From Candidatus Saccharimonadota bacterium (GTDB lineage: Bacteria; Patescibacteriota; Saccharimonadia; Saccharimonadales; Saccharimonadaceae): a stretch of 64,000 nt of DNA. The position numbers and the translations under genes are program-made. The stretch covers positions 7,699 through 71,698 of the forward strand of contig JAFWHA010000015.1 of assembly GCA_017512175.1 (NCBI GenBank), in the 5' to 3' direction. Below the pieces are notes generated by a model. The model made no database searches. It was not told the DNA's origin and was given only the letters and a program-made list of their open reading frames with translations. Numbering within the stretch: position 1 is the stretch's first letter; every line of letters starts with the position of its first letter. This document shows, in pieces, positions 29,395 to 40,401 of the stretch.

Positions 29395-30957
29395 ATGTCA
29401 AAACATGTGGAGAGTAAGACCTATCAGCAAGAGATTGGAAACGTTGTTTCCCATCTTCGTCGCGAGAGAGGATTAACACAGGCAGAACTAGCAAAATTAG
29501 TAGGATCCTCCCAGCCAGCGATTTATAGGATAGAACGTGGCTCTCAGAATGTTTCTCTAGACATGATTAAGAAATTGTCTAGTGCCTTGAAAAGCCCGAT
29601 TCTGTCGGTAAATACCTCTGTTTCTCAAAGCCTTTTTATTGAAGGCGGAAAAGAGTTGCATGGAGAAATCACAGTCAATACGAGCAAAAATGCTGCAGTT
29701 GGGTTGCTTTGTGCAGCACTACTTAATTCTGGCAAAACTACGTTAAGGCATTTAGCTCGAATTGAGGAAGTATTTAGAATTATCGAGGTACTGGAGTCAA
29801 TTGGTGTTAAATGCCGATGGATTAATCGTAAACGTGATTTGGAAATTATACCACCACGCGAATTAAAAATTTCCGATTTGGATATCTCCGCAGCGAGAAG
29901 AACTCGTTCGATTATCATGTTCTTAGGACCGCTACTTCATAAATACCGCCGGTTTAAGTTGCCTTATGCTGGTGGGTGTTCACTCGGTGTACGTACGGTA
30001 GAGCCGCACCTTAGAGCACTCAAGGCTTTTGGGTTAGAAGTTGATGCACGTACAGAGAGTGGAATGTATCGAGCAACTGTAGGTCAGCCGAGAGCCGTTT
30101 CGCCAGCTGAAGATAAACGTATTGTGTTGACCGAGCGAGGAGATACAGTGACGGAGAATGTATTGATGGCAGCGGCACTCTATCCGGGTCAGACTACGAT
30201 CGTGGGAGCTTCACCTAATTATATGGTGCAGGATGTCTGTTTCTTCTTGCAGTCGCTAGGAGTGAAAATCGAAGGAATCGGGACGACCACGCTTAAAGTC
30301 ACTGGCAAGAGACGTATTAATCAAAATATCGAGTATTCCCCAGCAGAAGACCCGATAGAAGCAATGTCTTTTATTGCGGCGGCACTTACTACTCATTCGG
30401 AAATAATAATTCGTCGTGCGCCGATAGAATTTTTGGAAATTGAGCTAGAGATACTTAAGAGTATGAATGCAGACATTAGGCGAAGTAAAGAATATTTTGC
30501 AGATAATGGTTTTACAAGATTAGTAGATTTGACTATCAAAAAGACTGACCTTGTAGCACCAGCCGATAAGATTCATCCAATGCCGTTCCCAGGGCTTAAT
30601 ATTGACAATCTGCCGTTCTTTTCGGTGATAGCGGCTTCGGCTCGTGGACGTACGCTGATACACGATTGGGTTTTTGAGAATCGCGCAGTTTATACCACTG
30701 ACCTCACTAAGTTGAATGCCAAGGTAGAGCTTCTGGACGCGCATCGTGTGTATGTGGAAGGGCCAACGAACTGGCGTCCAGCGGAATTAGTTTCTCCTCC
30801 AGCTCTTAGGCCGGCAGTAGTGATCCTAATTGCAATGCTTGCAGCTCCCGGCGCTTCAATACTTAGGAATACCTATTCGATTGATCGTGGATATCAAGAT
30901 TTCGCGGCAAGACTTAGACAGCTTGGAGCCGATATCTCGCCACTGACTGGGATTTAG
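29395..30957 (+). CDS. murA: UDP-N-acetylglucosamine 1-carboxyvinyltransferase with an N-terminal XRE HTH
   Basis: HTH (LRRERGLTQAELA...IERG) fused to SKNAA, GGCSLGVR, ENR and IDRGY; the -10 box placement favours ATG 29395. Confidence 0.92.
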   Translation: MSKHVESKTYQQEIGNVVSHLRRERGLTQAELAKLVGSSQPAIYRIERGSQNVSLDMIKKLSSALKSPILSVNTSVSQSLFIEGGKELHGEITVNTSKNAAVGLLCAALLNSGKTTLRHLARIEEVFRIIEVLESIGVKCRWINRKRDLEIIPPRELKISDLDISAARRTRSIIMFLGPLLHKYRRFKLPYAGGCSLGVRTVEPHLRALKAFGLEVDARTESGMYRATVGQPRAVSPAEDKRIVLTERGDTVTENVLMAAALYPGQTTIVGASPNYMVQDVCFFLQSLGVKIEGIGTTTLKVTGKRRINQNIEYSPAEDPIEAMSFIAAALTTHSEIIIRRAPIEFLEIELEILKSMNADIRRSKEYFADNGFTRLVDLTIKKTDLVAPADKIHPMPFPGLNIDNLPFFSVIAASARGRTLIHDWVFENRAVYTTDLTKLNAKVELLDAHRVYVEGPTNWRPAELVSPPALRPAVVILIAMLAAPGASILRNTYSIDRGYQDFAARLRQLGADISPLTGI

Positions 30958-30986
30958 TTTTTGACTATCCGTGATATAATGAAAAA

Positions 30987-33128
30987 ATGAATAAAGTGGA
31001 GCAAAAGATAAAAGGTGCTAATAATTCTGGCTTGGAAATAAGAACTAATAGTGTTGAAGGAACAGATGTCTTAAAGGGGTTGAACTCGGCGCAGAAGGAC
31101 GCAGCGAGTACTATGAGTGGCCCGCTTTTGATTCTGGCAGGTGCTGGCTCGGGTAAGACTAAAACTTTAACTCATCGAATCGCAAATTTAATTGCGCATG
31201 GTGTTAGTCCGAAGAATATTCTGGCAGTTACTTTTACGAATAAAGCAGCACAAGAAATGAGAACTAGATTATGGAAGCTGCTGAATAAGAATTCAGAAAA
31301 TGAAGATGTAGTTCCGAATAGAAGTTTTATGCCTTACATGGGAACTTTTCATAGTATTTGCGTTAAGATTTTGCGAATTGAATATTTAGCAGCGGGGCTA
31401 GACAAGAATTTTGTAATTTATGACACCGACGATCAAGTTGCATTGATTCGTCGAATTATTAAAAATGGAAAATATGACAGTAAAAGTTTGAAGCCAAAAT
31501 CTATTCAGGCGATTATTAGCAAATGCAAGAACGAGTATAAGAGCCCTAGTGATTTGGAAAAAGAAGCATATTATCCTAATTTGAAGCAGACGGCTAAAAT
31601 TTACGCCGAGTACGAGTTAGAAAAAGCAAAAATGAATGCTCTAGATTTTGATGATCTTTTGCTTGATGCTGCGAGACTTTTTGATAAAAATTCTGAAATT
31701 AGAAAAAAATGGCAAGAACGTTTTGAGCATATTTTAATTGACGAGTATCAAGACACTAATGCAGTGCAATATCATTTAGTAAAAGCACTAGTGAATGAGT
31801 CGCAAAATATCTGTGTAGTAGGAGATGATTGGCAGTCAATTTATTCTTGGCGAGGGGCAGATTTTACGAATATTTTGAATTTTACTAAAGATTTTCCAAC
31901 AGCTAAAGTAGTAAAATTAGAGCAAAATTATAGAAGTACTGGTAATATTTTGAAAGCATCGCAGAAAGTCATTAAAAATAATCAGACTAGGACCGACAAA
32001 GAATTGTTCACCGAGTCGGGAAATGGTGAGCCGGTCGAGATAGAGTCATTAGCTGATGAAGCGATGGAAGCGCAATGGGTGGCGAATAAGATTATTAATG
32101 AGAAGGCAAATAAAAATAGAGAATATTCAGACTTTGCAATTTTGTATCGTACAAATGCGCAATCTTTTGCTTTTGAAAAAGTATTAATCAACAACCGAAT
32201 TCCTTATAAAATTATTGGTGGAGTACGTTTTTATGACCGTAAAGAAGTAAAAGATGTTTTAGCGATTTTGAGATTAATCGTCAATCCGATGGACCAAATT
32301 AGCCTAGAGAGAGTGACCAAGAATGTTCTGTCTGGAATCGGCGAAGCGAGCCTTAAGAAGCTCTTAAGTAGGCTAGATAGTATTCATGCCACACATCCTG
32401 AGTCTAATCCTCTAATAACTCCGGGATTATCTGATGAGTTCGCTAGCCGGGCTAAAAAATCTATTGATAGACTGCAAAATTATTTTAGAATGGTCGAGTC
32501 GGAAGAACGTATGCCGACAGAATTAATTAAACAAACGATTCGGTATTTTGACTTTGAAAGTCTGCTTGATGACGGTACGCCGAGCGGAGGAGATAGATTA
32601 GAAAATCTAAATGTTTTGGCGGGTAATGCTATAACCTATGAGAATATTGAAGACTTTTTGGCTGATGCAACATTAATGTCTTCAGCAGATGAATCGACTG
32701 ATAAACATTCGGTAACATTAATGACTATCCATGCAGCAAAGGGACTAGAGTTTCCAGTGGTTTTCCTAGTAGGATTAGAAGAAGGATTATTTCCGAGCGA
32801 ACGTTCTGATTCGGCGGAGGCATTAGAGGAGGAAAGACGGCTCGCGTATGTAGGTATGACTCGCGCCAAAGAGGAATTAATATTGTCTTATGCTAAATCG
32901 CGATTTTCTTTTGGCTCTAGAAATTACACCTCGCCTTCAAGATTTCTATTAGAATTAGGATTTAATCCGTATGGCTCGAATGACTATAGCGAAGATGATA
33001 ATTCTGAGATGTTCGGTACTGAAGTCTATGATAAGAAAAAGGTTGCAAATAGTTTTGACCCTTGGAATGACAATACGGAACTGTTCGATGAAGACCCGTT
33101 TCCAGATGATGGACCGGTGTTTGAATAG
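30987..33128 (+). CDS. pcrA: UvrD/PcrA superfamily 1 DNA helicase
   Basis: AGAGSGKT, DEYQD, GDDWQSIY, HAAKGLEF and YVGMTRA motifs; acidic tail. Confidence 0.93.
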   Translation: MNKVEQKIKGANNSGLEIRTNSVEGTDVLKGLNSAQKDAASTMSGPLLILAGAGSGKTKTLTHRIANLIAHGVSPKNILAVTFTNKAAQEMRTRLWKLLNKNSENEDVVPNRSFMPYMGTFHSICVKILRIEYLAAGLDKNFVIYDTDDQVALIRRIIKNGKYDSKSLKPKSIQAIISKCKNEYKSPSDLEKEAYYPNLKQTAKIYAEYELEKAKMNALDFDDLLLDAARLFDKNSEIRKKWQERFEHILIDEYQDTNAVQYHLVKALVNESQNICVVGDDWQSIYSWRGADFTNILNFTKDFPTAKVVKLEQNYRSTGNILKASQKVIKNNQTRTDKELFTESGNGEPVEIESLADEAMEAQWVANKIINEKANKNREYSDFAILYRTNAQSFAFEKVLINNRIPYKIIGGVRFYDRKEVKDVLAILRLIVNPMDQISLERVTKNVLSGIGEASLKKLLSRLDSIHATHPESNPLITPGLSDEFASRAKKSIDRLQNYFRMVESEERMPTELIKQTIRYFDFESLLDDGTPSGGDRLENLNVLAGNAITYENIEDFLADATLMSSADESTDKHSVTLMTIHAAKGLEFPVVFLVGLEEGLFPSERSDSAEALEEERRLAYVGMTRAKEELILSYAKSRFSFGSRNYTSPSRFLLELGFNPYGSNDYSEDDNSEMFGTEVYDKKKVANSFDPWNDNTELFDEDPFPDDGPVFE

Positions 33129-33194
33129 GAGATTATTTAGTGTGCTTTATTGATAATACGTGATATAATTAAGTGTAATAAAAGGAGTTTTATT

Positions 33195-35108
33195 GTGCCA
33201 AATTCTACTAGTAAGAAACCGCAGAAGAAGCAGAATGCCAGCAATAGCGCAAGGCTTGTATCTTTTGTATTCGTTGTGATATTAATATGCCTAGCGTTCG
33301 TAGCTTTACTTACACCGCAAACCCATCTTGATGAAGTGCCACTTTCGGACGTGATTTCTAGGGCGAATGATGAGAATGGGGATATTAAAAAAATCACCGT
33401 ATCTGGCTCGGAAATAAAAATTACCCTGAAAGACAAGGACCAGCCAACGCAAGTTTCGCGAAAAGATGGCTCGGGTACATTGTACGAGCAGGGGCTAGTT
33501 AATAAATGTGAAGGAAAATCGGGAGAAGAGCTATCTTCTTGCCAAGAAAAATATCCAGTAATAGAATATAAAGAGCCGACAAATATCTGGAGCAATATTT
33601 GGGACATTGCTATAATTGCCTTGCCGATACTTGCGATGATAATTTTCTTTTCATATTTGATGCGCCAAGCACAATCTATGAATAATCAGTCTATGGGATT
33701 CGGAAAGGCGAAAGCTAAGCTCTATGGTCCAGACAAAAAGAAAGTTAAATTCGAAGATGTAGCAGGGAATGAAGCAGCAAAGCAAGATTTGTCGGAAGTA
33801 GTTGATTTTCTAAAAAGTCCAAAGAAATATGAAAAATTAGGAGCTAAGATTCCACGAGGAGTGTTGCTTGCAGGGGATCCGGGTACTGGTAAAACTTTGA
33901 TGGCGCGAGCTGTCGCCGGAGAAGCTAATGTTCCATTCTTTTCTATTTCTGGCTCTGAATTCGCAGAAATGTTCGTAGGTGTGGGTGCTTCTCGTGTGCG
34001 AGACCTCTTTTCTAAAGCGAAAAAGAATGCACCATCTATTATATTTATTGATGAAATTGATGCAGTTGCACATAAACGTGATGCGCGTGGTGGTGCGGGT
34101 AGAGAAGATGAACAGACTCTAAACCAGATTTTAGTCGAGATGGATGGTTTTGATAACGATAGTGGTGTAATAGTGATAGCGGCGACTAACCGTGTAGATA
34201 TGTTAGACAAAGCATTGCTTCGTCCGGGCAGATTTGATAGACACGTAAACGTCACTTTGCCAGAGAGGAAAGACCGTCTGGAAATCCTGAAAGTGCATTT
34301 TAAAAATAAACCTACAGAAAAGAATGTGAAGCTTGATGAACTTGCAGCTAAAACTGCGGGGTCTTCAGGTGCAGATCTTGCAAACATTGCTAACGAGGCG
34401 GCGATTACTGCGGCGCGTGAAGGACATAAGGAAATAACTAATAATGATATTACTGAAGCTTTTGAGAGAGTGGCAATTGGTCCAGAAAGAAAAAGCAAAG
34501 TAATGAATGATTACGAGAGGAAACTTACGGCTTACCATGAGGCTGGACACGCGGTAGTAGGGCATGTATTACCAGATTCTGATCCTGTACATAAGATTAC
34601 GATTATTCCACGTGGGCGTACTGGAGGAGTAACGTGGTTTTTGCCACCAGAAGATCGAAGCTACAAGAACATCTACGAGCTAAAAGATATCTTAGCACGT
34701 GCGATGGGCGGACGTATCGCCGAGAAGATAGTATTCGGCGACGACGACGTGACGACTGGCGCCTCATCAGACCTTAAGAATGTGGCAGAACTTTCTAAGG
34801 AGATGATTGTAGAAGAGGGTATGGGAACTAGTACTCGCAACCAAGTATTCCCAGAAAATAGTGATGTTTCTTACTATACTATTTCTACTGGTAAACCGTA
34901 TTCAGAGAAGACTGCTGAGCTAATTGATTCTGAAATAAAGAAATTATCGGATGAAGCTGCGAAGCGTGCAGAAGCGGTACTTAAGGCTAATACGAAAGTA
35001 CTTGATCGTGTGGCGAAGGCACTACTTGAGAATGAGACTATTGAGGAAGAAGATATTGCACCGTTAATGGAAGGTGCAGTGTTGCCGGCGGCAGCTAAAT
35101 TGCACTAA
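33195..35108 (+). CDS. ftsH: ATP-dependent zinc metalloprotease FtsH
   Basis: Two TMs, GDPGTGKT, RPGRFDR and HEAGH; SD AAGGAG favours GTG 33195. Confidence 0.96.
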   Translation: MPNSTSKKPQKKQNASNSARLVSFVFVVILICLAFVALLTPQTHLDEVPLSDVISRANDENGDIKKITVSGSEIKITLKDKDQPTQVSRKDGSGTLYEQGLVNKCEGKSGEELSSCQEKYPVIEYKEPTNIWSNIWDIAIIALPILAMIIFFSYLMRQAQSMNNQSMGFGKAKAKLYGPDKKKVKFEDVAGNEAAKQDLSEVVDFLKSPKKYEKLGAKIPRGVLLAGDPGTGKTLMARAVAGEANVPFFSISGSEFAEMFVGVGASRVRDLFSKAKKNAPSIIFIDEIDAVAHKRDARGGAGREDEQTLNQILVEMDGFDNDSGVIVIAATNRVDMLDKALLRPGRFDRHVNVTLPERKDRLEILKVHFKNKPTEKNVKLDELAAKTAGSSGADLANIANEAAITAAREGHKEITNNDITEAFERVAIGPERKSKVMNDYERKLTAYHEAGHAVVGHVLPDSDPVHKITIIPRGRTGGVTWFLPPEDRSYKNIYELKDILARAMGGRIAEKIVFGDDDVTTGASSDLKNVAELSKEMIVEEGMGTSTRNQVFPENSDVSYYTISTGKPYSEKTAELIDSEIKKLSDEAAKRAEAVLKANTKVLDRVAKALLENETIEEEDIAPLMEGAVLPAAAKLH

Positions 35109-35157
35109 AAGATTCTAAAATAATAAAGTAATAATATCTCTGTGGTATAATAATTGT

Positions 35158-35907
35158 ATGACAAAATCTATTTCTGATTATAACGGCTACGACTATAAGA
35201 AAATTTTTTGGGAAGATGCCGATAGAAAATACGAAGACGAAGCAGATCGTATGGCAATTAGGAAATTACTTCCAGAACATATGGAGAATTTCGTAGATAT
35301 TGCGGGCGGGTATGGGCGTTTAGCGGACGAATACTTGCCGCGTGCGAAGTCAGCAACGTTGTTCGATTATAGTAAAACAGAACTAAAACAAGCCGAAGAA
35401 AAATACGGTAAAAAACTGAAAACTAAGCAAGGCGATATTTATAATTTGCCGTTTAAAGACGGTGAGTTTACTTCTTTGATGATGATTCGTGCAACGCACC
35501 ATTTCAAAGACATGGACAAGGTGCTAGCGGAGCTTTATCGAATTCTTCGACCTGGTGGTGTAGCAGTGATTGAAGTAGCGAACAAGCGCACTTTACCACG
35601 TATTGCACGTTATTTTGCTGGTAAGACTAAGGTTAGCCCATTTGATAGGAAAGTGGCTAATCTTTCCGATATAGACAAAGACGGATTCTTTAATTATCAT
35701 CCAAAATATATTGAGAATTTGTTTATTGATACAGGGTTTGATATTGACAAGGTATTATCGGTTTCTAATTTCCGTTCAAAAGGGCTTAAGAAGATTTTTG
35801 GTACTAAAAATCTAATCAGGTTAGAAAAAGGTGCTCAGAGTGTTTTGGCACCAGTACGCTTTGCTCCATCGATTTATTATCGATTAAAGAAGCCGGGTGA
35901 TAAGTAG
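35158..35907 (+). CDS. Class I SAM-dependent methyltransferase
   Basis: VDIAGGYG, GDIYNLPF and RILRPGG motifs. Confidence 0.88.
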   Translation: MTKSISDYNGYDYKKIFWEDADRKYEDEADRMAIRKLLPEHMENFVDIAGGYGRLADEYLPRAKSATLFDYSKTELKQAEEKYGKKLKTKQGDIYNLPFKDGEFTSLMMIRATHHFKDMDKVLAELYRILRPGGVAVIEVANKRTLPRIARYFAGKTKVSPFDRKVANLSDIDKDGFFNYHPKYIENLFIDTGFDIDKVLSVSNFRSKGLKKIFGTKNLIRLEKGAQSVLAPVRFAPSIYYRLKKPGDK

Positions 35908-35921
35908 AGACTAATGACAAT

Positions 35922-37547
35922 TTAAACGTTTCTAAAGAGGAGCTTTTTGATTTTCTGGACAATAGGCTGGACTTCGGGAAGGTCGAGGAAGTATCCTGCG
36001 ATGATATAGGCTACAAGGCTGGTTAGAGAAATCAGTAAGAATTTTGGTAGTGTAGCTAAGATGGAGACGTCGGTGGAACGCAAAGGAAAGAACTTAGTCA
36101 TGGAATAAGCTACAGCTCCAGAGATAGTAGTAGCAACTAACATTCTGATAAAGCCCTTCCAGAAAGATTTACTAAGGAGTTTATTATGGCTTGCCTTCTG
36201 CAAGAGACCGATTAAAATGATAATTTCTAGTAGTGCGCCAATAGACTGAGCATAGCCTAAGCCTTCTGGTCCAAAACCTGCCATAGTGAAAAATACTGCA
36301 AGGAGAGTAGAAAGACCAACGGCTATAATACTAACTACGAATGGGGTTTTGGTGTCTTGTTTGGCATAAAAACCGCGAGAGGCAATATGAAAGACGGAGC
36401 GAGCAAAGATGGCAATAACGAGAGTACCAAGTACGGAAGCAATGAGCGGGTCTCCGCCGTTTTTGATGAATGAGACGACGTATCCTCTGGCAAAGAAAGC
36501 GATAACCGCTACTGGTAGGGAAATCCAGATGATAGTTCTAAGAGCCGATCTGAAAGTGGCATAATATTCGTCTTCTTTACCTTCGCCGAGTTGCTCGGTC
36601 ATCTGAGGGAAGAAAGCGGTAGAAATGGCGACGCCAATGAGGTTGACTGGCATTTGGTGCAGGGAAGTGGCTTGCTGATAGCTACGCATAGCGCCAGCTC
36701 CCATGCGGGAGGAGAGATTAGTATTAACGATAGTGTTAACATAGTCGATACCTTGATCAAGCGACCTAGCAGGAAGGAGTTTCAGAACGCCTCTGAAACC
36801 ATGATTCTTCCAATAGATTTTGAATTCATAGTCGACACCTAGTCCGAATAATCCGATAAGAGAAATGATAACCTGGAGAATGGCACCAAAAACTACACCT
36901 AGTGCCACACCCATAATACCACCTTCGAAAATCTGGATTCCGAAGATGTTAATACCATTAGTGAAGAAGACGATACCGATGAGAATGCCGATATTATAAA
37001 CGGCTGGCGCGAGGGCGTAAAACACGAAACGACCAACGGCTTGTTGGATGGAAGATAATACAGTCGCGATGGACATGAGGAAGGGATTAATTGCGATAAC
37101 TCGCATCATATTAATGGCAAGAATAGTTCCAGCTTCGTCTAAGCCAGGTCCGACGACGTAGCGGACTAGAGGGTCGGCGAAAATCATAATGAGAATTGAA
37201 GCGATAAGAGTGGCTAATGCCATAAGGTTAAGAACACTAGAAGATAGTTCCCAAGCAGACTTCTTATTACCGGTGACAAGACGCTGATTAAAAACAGGTA
37301 TAAATGAGACGGCTAGAGCGCCAGAGGTCAAGATGAAGAACATGAAATCTGGGATAGTGAAAGCAGCGGTGTAAGCATCAATTCCGGTAGGATAGGTATC
37401 GAGATAGTAGGAGTTCAAAAGTCTGTCGCGGAAAATACCCAGTAATGCCGATACGAGAGTGGAGCTAGCCAAAATTACAGCTGAAGCCTTAATAGAAAAT
37501 CTAGCATTCGCCATCGCTACAATGGATTTGAATTTTGGAGCTTTCAT
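35922..37547 (-). CDS. murJ: Lipid II flippase MurJ/MviN
   Basis: LGIFRD, AFTIPD and FYAKQDTKTP motifs; multiple TM helices. Confidence 0.92.
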   Translation of the reverse strand: MKAPKFKSIVAMANARFSIKASAVILASSTLVSALLGIFRDRLLNSYYLDTYPTGIDAYTAAFTIPDFMFFILTSGALAVSFIPVFNQRLVTGNKKSAWELSSSVLNLMALATLIASILIMIFADPLVRYVVGPGLDEAGTILAINMMRVIAINPFLMSIATVLSSIQQAVGRFVFYALAPAVYNIGILIGIVFFTNGINIFGIQIFEGGIMGVALGVVFGAILQVIISLIGLFGLGVDYEFKIYWKNHGFRGVLKLLPARSLDQGIDYVNTIVNTNLSSRMGAGAMRSYQQATSLHQMPVNLIGVAISTAFFPQMTEQLGEGKEDEYYATFRSALRTIIWISLPVAVIAFFARGYVVSFIKNGGDPLIASVLGTLVIAIFARSVFHIASRGFYAKQDTKTPFVVSIIAVGLSTLLAVFFTMAGFGPEGLGYAQSIGALLEIIILIGLLQKASHNKLLSKSFWKGFIRMLVATTISGAVAYSMTKFFPLRSTDVSILATLPKFLLISLTSLVAYIIAGYFLDLPEVQPIVQKIKKLLFRNV

Positions 37548-37625
37548 TAGTAATAATTATATCACAGGCGACTTGTTTTTGGCGGAAGAATGTTGTGGAT
37601 TATTGAGGAATTTTAGGATAGATTC

Positions 37626-37660
37626 AAAATTCCCCTAGTTTAAATCTAGGGGAATTTTTT
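37626..37660. terminator. Intrinsic terminator downstream of the pilin gene
   Basis: AAAATTCCCCTAG...CTAGGGGAATTTT inverted repeat. Confidence 0.8.
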
Positions 37661-37741
37661 GTTCTGGTTTTTGTTTTAAACAAATTCCAGGTTTGCGAAG
37701 TTCGGACAGTCAGGTATGATACAGAATATTAGGTATAAACA

Positions 37742-38398
37742 TTAGTTAGCACTACAGTAAATACCACCGCTCTCGAGCTTGAACTGAATAGCAATTTTGC
37801 GAACACCGGTAGAAGGTACAACTGCTTCACCATCACAGGTAGCGTTTTGGAAGATATAAATCAAATGGTTGAATACGCCACCATATTGATAATCGCCAAT
37901 ATTAGTAGATAGAGCTGCGATAAGCTTTGCACGGTCTTTGTCCCAAGCTGAATCATATTCACCGGTATTTACGACACCACTAGTATTAGTAGCAGTTTCG
38001 GTAAGGCTCTTACAGTAGTTTGCGTAAGTACCTGGAGTGCCTAAGTTAGGACAGACGGTACCTACAGCGTACATCTGACCATCCGGATCTGTGAATTCAT
38101 CACCACCAACCCAAAGATAATTAGACATGAACTTGGCATATTCTTCGCGATATTGACCTTCTGAAGCGCTAGAAGAAAGGGCATTACCAGGAATTTTACC
38201 ACGGTTGTTAGTTTGATAGTTAGTAATGGCGGTCTGGAAACGAGCGAGATCATCACGCCTTTGGGTGTCACGTTGGGAACGTTGCAAAGCTGGAAGTGCT
38301 AAGAACACCATGAGGAAGATAAGACCGGCGATAGCGAGAACGAGGACGACCTCAATAATCGTAAAGCCTTTTTTTGATTTTATAAGTTGTTTTGGCAT
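37742..38398 (-). CDS. Type IV pilin (probably a major pilin)
   Basis: KKG|FTIIEVVLVLAIAGLIFLMVFLALPALQRSQRD; SD AAGGA before ATG 38398; has its own terminator. Confidence 0.92.
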   Translation of the reverse strand: MPKQLIKSKKGFTIIEVVLVLAIAGLIFLMVFLALPALQRSQRDTQRRDDLARFQTAITNYQTNNRGKIPGNALSSSASEGQYREEYAKFMSNYLWVGGDEFTDPDGQMYAVGTVCPNLGTPGTYANYCKSLTETATNTSGVVNTGEYDSAWDKDRAKLIAALSTNIGDYQYGGVFNHLIYIFQNATCDGEAVVPSTGVRKIAIQFKLESGGIYCSAN

Positions 38399-38504
38399 AA
38401 TTTCCTTTCTTTTCAAATTCATTAAGCCTTAATTTTTAATACGCTTAAGACTATGTTATAACATAAGCTTTAAAAAATCAAGTAAATTTTGTATAATATT
38501 AAAT

Positions 38505-39356
38505 ATGTTAATTATTGAAATCGTATTTTTAATTCTGCTATTCTGTTTTGGGGCGATTTTGGGCAGTTTTTCTTGTTGCCAGGCGTGGAGAATAAGATTA
38601 AAAGAAACAGGAAAAAAAGATCCTGGAAAGTGGTCGGTCTGCTTATCTTGTGGAAAGAGATTAAAGCCTTCGGAAAACGTACCGATTGTTTCGTGGATAG
38701 TACAAAGAGGAAAATGTAGAAAATGTGGTGCTAAAATTGGCAGGGCGGAAATATTTAGTGAAATCGGCTTAGGCTGTGCTTTTGTGCTTATAGGGATGCT
38801 TTTCTTTCCAGAGCTTTATAATGCGCTAGTTATAGATATTAATATAATATATATTCTTTTGCTTATTTCTATAATGCTTGTACTATTTATTACCATGACA
38901 ATTATGTGGATTCTATTAATTTATGATGCTAAATGGCAGCTTTTGCCAACAAGGCTTTTAACGACAGTGATTATCATGGCAGCAATTTATTTAGCGATAA
39001 GAATCGTTGGAATGATGCTCGGCGGAATGTTCTTGCAAGATTTTCTAAAAATTTTGCCAAGCATACTCGCAGGAGTAGCTTTGCTCGCAGGAACATATCT
39101 ATTATTATATCGTTTATCTGGGGAAAGGCTGGTTGGGAGTGGCGATTGGCTGCTAGCATTAGCGATTTCTTTGATATTAGGGAATTGGTGGCTGTGTCTC
39201 TTGGTGCTATTCTTGTCAAATTTCATGGGAAGTGTGGTAGGAATATATTATAAAGCTAAGAAAGGACAGAAAGCTATTCCTTTCGGGCCGTTTTTAGTTC
39301 TAGCTTTCGTGATAGTTTATGCTTTTCAGGCACAACTAATGGTAGCGGTTTATTAG
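38505..39356 (+). CDS. pilD: Prepilin peptidase (A24)
   Basis: Two CxxC pairs, IYD and GSGD aspartates, IPFGPFL motif. Confidence 0.92.
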   Translation: MLIIEIVFLILLFCFGAILGSFSCCQAWRIRLKETGKKDPGKWSVCLSCGKRLKPSENVPIVSWIVQRGKCRKCGAKIGRAEIFSEIGLGCAFVLIGMLFFPELYNALVIDINIIYILLLISIMLVLFITMTIMWILLIYDAKWQLLPTRLLTTVIIMAAIYLAIRIVGMMLGGMFLQDFLKILPSILAGVALLAGTYLLLYRLSGERLVGSGDWLLALAISLILGNWWLCLLVLFLSNFMGSVVGIYYKAKKGQKAIPFGPFLVLAFVIVYAFQAQLMVAVY

Positions 39357-40297
39357 TTGGTCTCGGAGTGGAATTTTTTGTGGACGTCTTTTAGGTGGGG
39401 GTCGGTGATATGGGTGTAGATTTGGGTGGTGGAGATATTGCTGTGGCCAAGTAGAGATTGGACCGAGCGAATATCAGCACCATTCATAAGAAGGTCGGTA
39501 GCGAAACTATGCCTTAAAGTGTGGGGAGTGACGTGTTTAGTAATGCCGGCGGCGCGAGTATATTTTTCGATAATGCGCTGGATGCTTCTAGGAGTAAGTC
39601 TGCGATAGTCGCCACTAGTGTCTGGGACTCCAGAGTTTTTACTATTATTTAAAAATAATGCTGGAAGACTATCATGACGAACGGCAAGATAATCGCGAAC
39701 GCGACTGGCGGCAGATTCATCAATGAAAATTGGACGGTCTTTGCTGCCTTTACCGCGAACAACGAATTCAAATTTATTCAAGTTAATATCTCCACGATTA
39801 AGCTTGCAAAGCTCGGATACGCGTAAACCACCAGAGAATAATAACTCAATAATAGCACGATCTCGAAGGCCAGTTTCGGTGTTAAGGTCAATAGCATCAA
39901 GCATGGCTTGAATTTCATCAAAATGAAGAAACGTAACTTGTGGGCGATGTGTGCGTGGAAGGTCCACTAGAGCAGGGTCTAGGGAATCGATGCCGCGCCT
40001 GGCAAGGTATTTCAAGAAGCCTCGGAGCGCAATTAAATAATAAGTTTGAGTGGCGGGAGTGAGACGCTCGTGATGCTCAGGAGGGATAAAACGATTAAGC
40101 TTTAAGCGATATTTTCGCATCATATCTTCAGTAATATCTTCTGGCATCATTTCATGTCCTAAGTCTTCGGAAGCCATATTGTAAAAACGAGTGAGATAGA
40201 GTTCGTAGTTTCGGACAGTGTTGACAGAGCGCCCCATTTCTATCTCTAGATACTGCAAAAAATCTTGGATTAGTTCACTGATACACTGTTTGTTCAT
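39353..40297 (-). CDS. XerC/XerD-family tyrosine recombinase
   Basis: RDRAIIELL, GLRVSEL, GKGSKDR, HTLRHSFAT and LLGHSNISTTQIY motifs; -10 placement favours ATG 40297. Confidence 0.93.
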   Translation of the reverse strand: MNKQCISELIQDFLQYLEIEMGRSVNTVRNYELYLTRFYNMASEDLGHEMMPEDITEDMMRKYRLKLNRFIPPEHHERLTPATQTYYLIALRGFLKYLARRGIDSLDPALVDLPRTHRPQVTFLHFDEIQAMLDAIDLNTETGLRDRAIIELLFSGGLRVSELCKLNRGDINLNKFEFVVRGKGSKDRPIFIDESAASRVRDYLAVRHDSLPALFLNNSKNSGVPDTSGDYRRLTPRSIQRIIEKYTRAAGITKHVTPHTLRHSFATDLLMNGADIRSVQSLLGHSNISTTQIYTHITDPHLKDVHKKFHSETN

Positions 40298-40401
40298 AAT
40301 TGCTATTATAGCACTTTTGATTAGAAGTAAATTTTTTGAAAAAATGTGAGAGGATTTTAAAAATTGCATTATGCGTGCTATAATTTAGAAAAGGAGTTTT
40401 T

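Noticed and set aside
38420-38470. Short palindromes (ATTAAGCCTTAAT, ATGTTATAACAT) between the divergent pilin and pilD genes
   Set aside because: Short AT-rich palindromes overlapping promoter elements are expected by chance.
39353-40297. Tyrosine recombinase as a prophage/island integrase or as the invertase for the 41035-41199 inverted repeat
   Set aside because: It looks like a housekeeping XerC/D flanked by core genes (pilD, ndk); there are no att sites or phage genes, and proximity alone is not evidence.
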